Virus record (IMG/VR): IMGVR_UViG_3300034374_010562
DNA: 64,000 nucleotides
Reading direction: 5' to 3' (one strand)
DNA from: an uncultured virus (IMG/VR IMGVR_UViG_3300034374_010562)
Lineage: Duplodnaviria; Heunggongvirae; Uroviricota; Caudoviricetes
Below the pieces are notes generated by a model, which saw only the letters and a list, made by a program, of their open reading frames with translations, did not search any database and was not told the origin of the DNA. Position 1 is the first letter of the stretch, and each line of letters opens with the position of its first letter. Shown here in pieces: positions 58,208 through 64,000 of this stretch. The position numbers and the translations under genes were made by a program.

Positions 58208-58844
58208 CTATATAATTGTATTGTTTAAGAATAAGAAAAAGAAAAGAATTATCAAAGGTTATTCTACAGAAACCAACGCCCGAAAGAAATTCAACGATAT
58301 TATAGACTCAAATAAAGTATTATTCCCAATGGAATATGAAAACGCCGAGTATTGTATTCACGAACTCGCACTGTTAACAACACAGAAAGATTTTCAACTT
58401 CCACTTTTCATTACCGATGAGTTTGGTCGTAGTGAGAAAGTATTCTTAGATGGTGACACACATTATACCTTCTTAAATATAAAACCCTACAACATTGAGG
58501 AAAAGATTTACGACTGGCAAACTGACGATAAGATAACTTTAGAGGAACTCATTAGAAAGTATTGCCCGAAGAATAACTTTAAAAGTATATCCACACTAAA
58601 TAACAAACTGGTCATTCAGATTGATGAGGACTTTAAACTATTCTCATTAAAGAACGTGGATGACTCCAACAGACTGATTAACATTATGGAAAGTCATTTT
58701 ATGAATTTGGGTCGTAGGGATGCCATGTTTATTCGTGACACCTCTACGACCCAACGTAAGTGGTTATATAATGTTTTGGAGGAAAAAGGGTTTGATAGAA
58801 GAAAGTTATACCGTCAATCTACGACTTATTCGAAACGAGGGTAA
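58200..58844 (+). CDS. Hypothetical protein
   Basis: 214 aa ORF divergent from dnaJ. Confidence 0.75.
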   Translation: MDNYIIVLFKNKKKKRIIKGYSTETNARKKFNDIIDSNKVLFPMEYENAEYCIHELALLTTQKDFQLPLFITDEFGRSEKVFLDGDTHYTFLNIKPYNIEEKIYDWQTDDKITLEELIRKYCPKNNFKSISTLNNKLVIQIDEDFKLFSLKNVDDSNRLINIMESHFMNLGRRDAMFIRDTSTTQRKWLYNVLEEKGFDRRKLYRQSTTYSKRG

Positions 58845-59049
58845 ACTCCATACCCGAAATATCAATAACAATACTTTTACTGGTAACATCTCGAGGACTT
58901 AAAAACCCAACTACTTTATCATAGCTGGGTTTTTCTAATTCAACAATGACAGAAACTTTACCGTCAGAAAAGATTGAGTCTTCTAAAATATCTGAAATCT
59001 CTGCCAGTTTTTTTAACTCATCTTTAAGGTTCGTTTGATTCTCTGCCAT
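58819..59049 (-). CDS. Hypothetical protein
   Basis: 76 aa. Confidence 0.6.
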   Translation of the reverse strand: MAENQTNLKDELKKLAEISDILEDSIFSDGKVSVIVELEKPSYDKVVGFLSPRDVTSKSIVIDISGMEFTLVSNKS

Positions 59050-59210
59050 ATCGTATATTTTTTCTCTACTTGAGCAGTGTTGGTTATTTTAGTCTTTGGG
59101 ACTTTAGTAATCTCGTTAATCAGCTCTTTTTTTGCCTTTTTAACGGTTTGTTCATCCTTCAGCTTCTCGCTCTTGAACCAAGTCATCATGTCCTTCAGTT
59201 CCTTGTCCAT
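59013..59210 (-). CDS. Hypothetical basic protein
   Basis: 65 aa, overlaps its operon neighbours. Confidence 0.55.
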   Translation of the reverse strand: MDKELKDMMTWFKSEKLKDEQTVKKAKKELINEITKVPKTKITNTAQVEKKYTIWQRIKRTLKMS

Positions 59211-59625
59211 CTTCTTCTAAGTTTTCATCTTTTAAACCTAAACGAACTACCTCTTCTTCCATTTCAAAATGTAAGGTTTTTAGTTCGTCCACACCTTTGG
59301 ATTCAAACATACTTTTCAACTCCTGAATTTTTTGTTTGAATAAACGCTCTTTCTCTTCTTTCTCTTTGTTGTATGAAACAATGTTCTTAAATGCTTTCTC
59401 TATTGAGTCTACCATTTGTCTTTCATTCTTTACCACAAAGGAATATACTTTAGAGTCTGGTCTGTCTGAGTTTTCCTGATTTATTACTTCAATACCATCA
59501 GTGATAAACTTCTTTGGAATAGACCAAAAACTACTTAAGTATAAGTCAAAACTTACATAATCCTTCAAAACTCTAACAGATTTAAGGTATGGTTTTAACT
59601 CTTCTGTGAAATTTGAAAAAGTCAT
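59152..59625 (-). CDS. Hypothetical protein with coiled coil
   Basis: 157 aa. Confidence 0.7.
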   Translation of the reverse strand: MTFSNFTEELKPYLKSVRVLKDYVSFDLYLSSFWSIPKKFITDGIEVINQENSDRPDSKVYSFVVKNERQMVDSIEKAFKNIVSYNKEKEEKERLFKQKIQELKSMFESKGVDELKTLHFEMEEEVVRLGLKDENLEEDGQGTEGHDDLVQEREAEG

Positions 59626-59822
59626 TATAAAAGGTAAATTATAAAAGTTATTATATAACTGAGACTGAGTCCCGTGAATAATAACTCACGGTTACTCAAC
59701 TCTAAAGGTTTGGGTGGGTCTGACAACATTGAACTTATAAACATAAACAACACTCTAACCCCATATAAAAACGAGAATATAAAGGTAAATATTGATAGAT
59801 ATGTTAGTAAGGATGTCAACAT
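59625..59822 (-). CDS. Small two-TM membrane protein
   Basis: 65 aa, two hydrophobic segments. Confidence 0.7.
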   Translation of the reverse strand: MLTSLLTYLSIFTFIFSFLYGVRVLFMFISSMLSDPPKPLELSNRELLFTGLSLSYIITFIIYLL

Positions 59823-59995
59823 TATTTTTCGTTTCTAGCTTCTAAGATTTCACCTCTTAAATCCTGCAACATGCTTTTCAATTCTTGTGCAGTTTTTCTA
59901 GCTCTCACACCAGCAGATTTGTTACCCGCGTAAAATTTAGTTGTGTCCACTGAAAGTGCCTCTACTAATGTTTTGATGTTTTCTAAAGTTTCCAT
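59822..59995 (-). CDS. Histone H1-like Hc1 family nucleoid protein (57 aa), not in the ORF track
   Basis: METLENIKTLVEALSVDTTKFYAGNKSAGVRARKTAQELKSMLQDLRGEILEARNEK; GNKxAGxRARK signature. Confidence 0.85.
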   Translation of the reverse strand: METLENIKTLVEALSVDTTKFYAGNKSAGVRARKTAQELKSMLQDLRGEILEARNEK

Positions 59996-60073
59996 TTAAA
60001 ATATTTTTTACAGTTTTTATTTTTCTAAATCTTAAGTTTTTCTGGTCGGATGTAAACCCCATCAAGAAAAAAT

Positions 60074-60556
60074 TTAATTTTCTAATGAACGTTCCATCAC
60101 TTTATATAGGTCAGTATACATTTCCAAATCGGATTTTGTGTATACTCTGTCCCATGTGAATAGTTGTTCCAAAAAGGTATCAATGGAGTCTCTTACCTCT
60201 TCATCTGGTTGGTCATAATAAACCTCAAAGAAGAACGCTTCGAAATAATCGAAGTCGTCATTGGAAAAGGTAAAGGTTATGTTTTCCTTTGAAAAGTTTT
60301 CAATGGTCTTTGTCCAACACCATATAAAGTGTGACTTTTTATCGTCCTCAGTCATCCCGATTTTTGTTTCTCGAGCATCACCGTGACTATCACCCAAATA
60401 GGTGTCCTTCATCAAATAAAATAATGAAAAGCAAAAGTCTCTGAACAGTTCAGAATATTCTCGTTGAATATTGTGTGCCCTGAACCATAAGTCCACATCG
60501 TTTCTGTCCATAGGTTTTGATAACCAATTAAAAAAATAGTCCATCTTATCTTTCAT
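60074..60556 (-). CDS. Conserved hypothetical protein
   Basis: 160 aa; TYLG, HF.WCW.KTIENF.KE. Confidence 0.75.
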   Translation of the reverse strand: MKDKMDYFFNWLSKPMDRNDVDLWFRAHNIQREYSELFRDFCFSLFYLMKDTYLGDSHGDARETKIGMTEDDKKSHFIWCWTKTIENFSKENITFTFSNDDFDYFEAFFFEVYYDQPDEEVRDSIDTFLEQLFTWDRVYTKSDLEMYTDLYKVMERSLEN

Positions 60557-60600
60557 ATTAGAAATCTAAGATGGACCACTTAAAAAGAAATAAAAAAGTA

Positions 60601-61806
60601 TTATTGTGTTTTGTTGTTGTAAGTAAAAATCGATTTCATCTTATTGATTTCCTCGTTGATTTTTACCTTCTTTTTGTCGTCAACATTTTCAGAAATTGCA
60701 GCCATAACTTCGTCAGGTGACATTGCCGCCTTATCTGACTTCTTACTACCCGCAAAATCTTCAACAGGTTGAACAGCTTTTTGGTAAGATTGTTTTTTCA
60801 ACTTAGCCAACCAATTTTTCTTACGTCTGTCGTTAACTTTTTCGTTTGCATCAGTTGCAACCGCATTTGCATATTCTTGAGAGTTACCCGTCTTAGAGTC
60901 ACCCATGATGTTCATCTCAATCCAATCTTCATTAGGTTTGATAGCATCATACTCCAAGTTTTCCATACCACCTGAACGAGCAATTTGGTCAATGTATTCT
61001 TCAACAGCGTCTGAAGCATGATACATCATCTTATCATCATCACCCATCTCACCGTTTCCTTTTGGGAAACCTTTAGGGTTTTCTTCATATCCATCGTTAG
61101 AACCAGCCTTAACGTAGTCTTTCATTTTCTTATTAACTTCTTTCATCGCTTCGTCATTTACCTTAGCAGATGCTTTCAAAGTTTTCTCAGTATCTTTAAG
61201 ACCTTTAGCCTCTTTTTGTTCCACAACTAATCTTTGGATTAATTCAATCATCTCCTCTTCAGATAAGGTAACCACCTTTTTCTTAGATTCATTCATCTTC
61301 TTACATCCACATGATTCTTTATCTTTCTCGTCAGCATCTTTAACTTCGTATTCTTTACCGTCAACCTCAAAAGAGTCATCACCGGCACAGATAGCTTTAC
61401 ATCTTGCTTCAGAGAACGCATTTCCTTCTTCCAACTCGTCTTCTTCCATACGTTGTTTTTTGATGTTTGAATACACACCAACAACTTCTGAATCACGACC
61501 GTCGAAGTCGTCTCTATCTTCAGGCATTTTACCCATATCTTCTTGTAATGATTTACATTTATCTTTATTCATGTTTAAATAAAGTTGAGCCATCTTAGCT
61601 GGTTTTCCACCTTCTTTTTTGGCTGCTTCGGCACACTCACAGGTTACATCACCTTCTCCATCTAACATACCTTTTCCTTTACAGTAGTCAGTGAAGGCAC
61701 CTTCTTTCATGTCAACGTCCTGTATCCACTTGTCCTCCTTCTCTTGAAGGGATTCTTGCAAAACACGGTCAACAATCTCGTTAATCTTATTTTCTATGTT
61801 TTTCAT
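60601..61806 (-). CDS. Charged mosaic phage protein, probable virion-internal protein
   Basis: 401 aa; repeated I/L-x-E leader-like motifs; TATTTAT upstream. Confidence 0.75.
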   Translation of the reverse strand: MKNIENKINEIVDRVLQESLQEKEDKWIQDVDMKEGAFTDYCKGKGMLDGEGDVTCECAEAAKKEGGKPAKMAQLYLNMNKDKCKSLQEDMGKMPEDRDDFDGRDSEVVGVYSNIKKQRMEEDELEEGNAFSEARCKAICAGDDSFEVDGKEYEVKDADEKDKESCGCKKMNESKKKVVTLSEEEMIELIQRLVVEQKEAKGLKDTEKTLKASAKVNDEAMKEVNKKMKDYVKAGSNDGYEENPKGFPKGNGEMGDDDKMMYHASDAVEEYIDQIARSGGMENLEYDAIKPNEDWIEMNIMGDSKTGNSQEYANAVATDANEKVNDRRKKNWLAKLKKQSYQKAVQPVEDFAGSKKSDKAAMSPDEVMAAISENVDDKKKVKINEEINKMKSIFTYNNKTQ

Positions 61807-61838
61807 ACTAATAATACTTTTACAATAAATATATTGAT

Positions 61839-64000
61839 TTACCTAAATCTCGAATACGGATTTATTCTTATGTCACCCAAGTGTAAGTTCAAACTTTTAA
61901 ATATTCTATGTGGGTATGATAGTCCCGTTGCAATTGCCTGTTCAACAGGATTTCCTCTATATGAATCTTCCTCTTCCTCAGGTGGTAAATAACGAGCAAT
62001 CATATCATAGAAACCTACAGGAACTTTCTCACCTTTATATCTTAAATCTAGTAACTCAACAAACATTCCAACATATCTTGAATCTCCAAAATCATAAGAA
62101 TCTGCATTACTTAAAAATCCCGCAATCTTACCTTCAGGACCAACATCATCAATTCGTATTTTACCGGATATATTACCATTATCAAAATCAAACTCCTTAT
62201 CCTTTAATTCCTTTTGTAAAAATCTACTCTTATCATCTTTAATAGATTCCAACCATTCTTTTTCTCTCTCTTCTTTACTTGGAAAGGCACCATCCGGTAG
62301 TTCGAAAGTAACAAAACCCTCCTCTTCATCCTGTTCAGTAATATAACCTAATTCTTTGGCCACTAAGTTCTTAACCACATAAGTTTCAACCTTAAGTTTT
62401 TTAGCAGTTCTGTCAATCGCTTCTTTAATCATATCTCTTTCAAAGAACTCCAATGCGTTGATGTCACCTTGATTACAGTAAGGGAACTTCTTACACTTAG
62501 ATTTAATCTTTACAAACTTAGCACCCGGACCACCATACTTTGGAAACTTCTTATCTCTCACCGCACGGGTCTTCTTATCTACCGTCTCAGGATTGTCAAT
62601 CTTTAGTGGGTCTCTTTTAGGGAAACCAAAAGGTGCGTCATAAGCCCCTGACGAAGACGCTGAAGTCACCTCAGTAGTTTCTCCACCTTCCATCTTAGCC
62701 AACTTATCATAATAGAATGGGTCTTCATATAAATGGTCCATTGCAATCTCCAATGCTACCATCATCTCGGATGTATGTTCCATTTCAACTCTTACACCTT
62801 TTTGTAACTGTTCAAACATGGTATCTATATCCACATCATGCATAGCTGCAATGTCTTCAATATCTTTACCATCTGCTAACCCACCTTTGATTTCCTCTTC
62901 GTTTAACCTATCTCTTTGTTTTTGATAGTTGGATTTAGCAATATCATACTTTTTTTGGTCCGCCTCGTCATAAACGATTTGTTCAAAGTATTTCTCAAAC
63001 ATTGGGTCAAATAACTTCTCCATCGCTTCAGGACTACGGTCTCTACCTTTAAGATATAACATTCTCATGTTATCCATTCTTTGAATACGTAAGTCTTCGT
63101 CTTTTTTCTTAAATAACCAATAAGGGATTCTAATAAACTTAAACCCTTCCTTACCTGGAACATCACCAATCACCTCAATCTGAGACAACGGTAACATTGT
63201 TCTGTGTAATGACATACTATAAGGTTTGTGACCTGAGGCAAAGAAAGCATCGTTATCAGGTGTTTGTCTAATATTGAAAACTTCCAATTGTTTTGGCGTT
63301 TCCTCACCCACCATATAAGCACCAACAATAGTTTTACTATCGGCGTCATAGTCTGACTTATAAAAGTCATATTGACTATCATTTGTATCCACTTCCTCAG
63401 GTTCAACCTGACCATCTTCAGGTGAAGCATCATTTTCCTGCTCTTCAACCTTTACTCCGTGAACATACTTAACACCACTAGCCCTCTTATTTTCTAATTT
63501 TCTTTCAATGTCATCAATTATTCTCTTAACCGACTTCATTGGTGATGGACCACTCGCGGCTTTGATTAACTTTCTAACCAATTCAATTTTTTCAAAATCT
63601 CTAAGTTCTGATTCATTAACAGGACCACCCTTAGGTTTTGTCGTTAACTTAGATTCAGTACCAGGTTGGAATAGATTGTTTTTCTTTGGCTCTGTGAATA
63701 ATGGTGCCGAATATGCCCCTGATGAACCCGCACCCATGGCTTCAGTTGTTTCACCTTCAACCTCTTCATTACCCATATCACTTACGATACGCATTAGGAT
63801 TTGATTTAAAGTATCAACGGTAAGACCTTCTGTCTCACCCTTAGGATTGTCCTTAGACTTTAAGAATGGTGAATATCCTTTTTCTTCATCCAACTCAGAT
63901 TCAACAGCATTAATCATCTGACCCATCGATACAAAATTATCAGTTGTAGCGTCACCAGTGTTTGGTAAACTACCCGCATTTTTTTGAAAAGCCTTACTCA
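61839..64000 (-). CDS. Large mosaic phage protein with DUF5661-like module; start lies beyond the window
   Basis: The frame stays open from 63926 to the window end; KGGLADGK..KGVRVEMEHT..EIAMDHL.EDPFYY.KL. Confidence 0.75.
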   Translation of the reverse strand, partial: SKAFQKNAGSLPNTGDATTDNFVSMGQMINAVESELDEEKGYSPFLKSKDNPKGETEGLTVDTLNQILMRIVSDMGNEEVEGETTEAMGAGSSGAYSAPLFTEPKKNNLFQPGTESKLTTKPKGGPVNESELRDFEKIELVRKLIKAASGPSPMKSVKRIIDDIERKLENKRASGVKYVHGVKVEEQENDASPEDGQVEPEEVDTNDSQYDFYKSDYDADSKTIVGAYMVGEETPKQLEVFNIRQTPDNDAFFASGHKPYSMSLHRTMLPLSQIEVIGDVPGKEGFKFIRIPYWLFKKKDEDLRIQRMDNMRMLYLKGRDRSPEAMEKLFDPMFEKYFEQIVYDEADQKKYDIAKSNYQKQRDRLNEEEIKGGLADGKDIEDIAAMHDVDIDTMFEQLQKGVRVEMEHTSEMMVALEIAMDHLYEDPFYYDKLAKMEGGETTEVTSASSSGAYDAPFGFPKRDPLKIDNPETVDKKTRAVRDKKFPKYGGPGAKFVKIKSKCKKFPYCNQGDINALEFFERDMIKEAIDRTAKKLKVETYVVKNLVAKELGYITEQDEEEGFVTFELPDGAFPSKEEREKEWLESIKDDKSRFLQKELKDKEFDFDNGNISGKIRIDDVGPEGKIAGFLSNADSYDFGDSRYVGMFVELLDLRYKGEKVPVGFYDMIARYLPPEEEEDSYRGNPVEQAIATGLSYPHRIFKSLNLHLGDIRINPYSRFR

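Noticed and set aside
1..64000. Alternative genetic code (stop reassignment as in some megaphages)
   Set aside because: Known genes (thyA, dnaJ, GSII, MTases) are full length in the standard code, and TAA, TAG and TGA all terminate genes
1..64000. Mobile elements, integrases, introns/inteins or DGR
   Set aside because: No transposase, recombinase, reverse transcriptase or intein motifs seen; the thyA insertions are short and in frame

Overview
This 64 kb window looks like part of a very large (jumbo/mega) tailed-phage genome, probably infecting a Bacteroidetes host. The host call rests on TAnnTTTG -7 promoter boxes, A-rich starts without Shine-Dalgarno sites, an Hc1-type histone H1-like gene, DUF2452 and GSII. 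It is AT-rich and densely coding in the standard code; I saw no tRNA, integrase or cas gene. The standout is three tandem giant collagen (Gly-X-Y) fibre genes (29141-44488, 1617-1732 aa), each with a C-terminal S74 auto-chaperone and all built on the same 132-133 aa interrupted super-repeat. Immediately left of them lie three 2OG-Fe(II) oxygenases, a carbamoyltransferase, a tandem GT17 and a fucosyltransferase-like gene. About 6 kb to their right is a 937 aa protein that fuses a COLGALT-like GT25 domain to the glycosyltransferase and accessory domains of animal lysyl hydroxylase (PLOD), with a methyltransferase inserted. Together these suggest a phage-encoded, animal-style collagen hydroxylysine glycosylation system. 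Other notable elements are a CRISPR-like 66-nt repeat/spacer array read in frame inside a CDS (1-664), a ~770 nt GOLLD-like RNA with an rRNA-operon-like leader, a degenerate MetK-like protein, two promoter classes, thyA, dnaJ, GSII, redox genes and two DNA methyltransferases. Family assignments come from motif recognition by eye, not from database searches.
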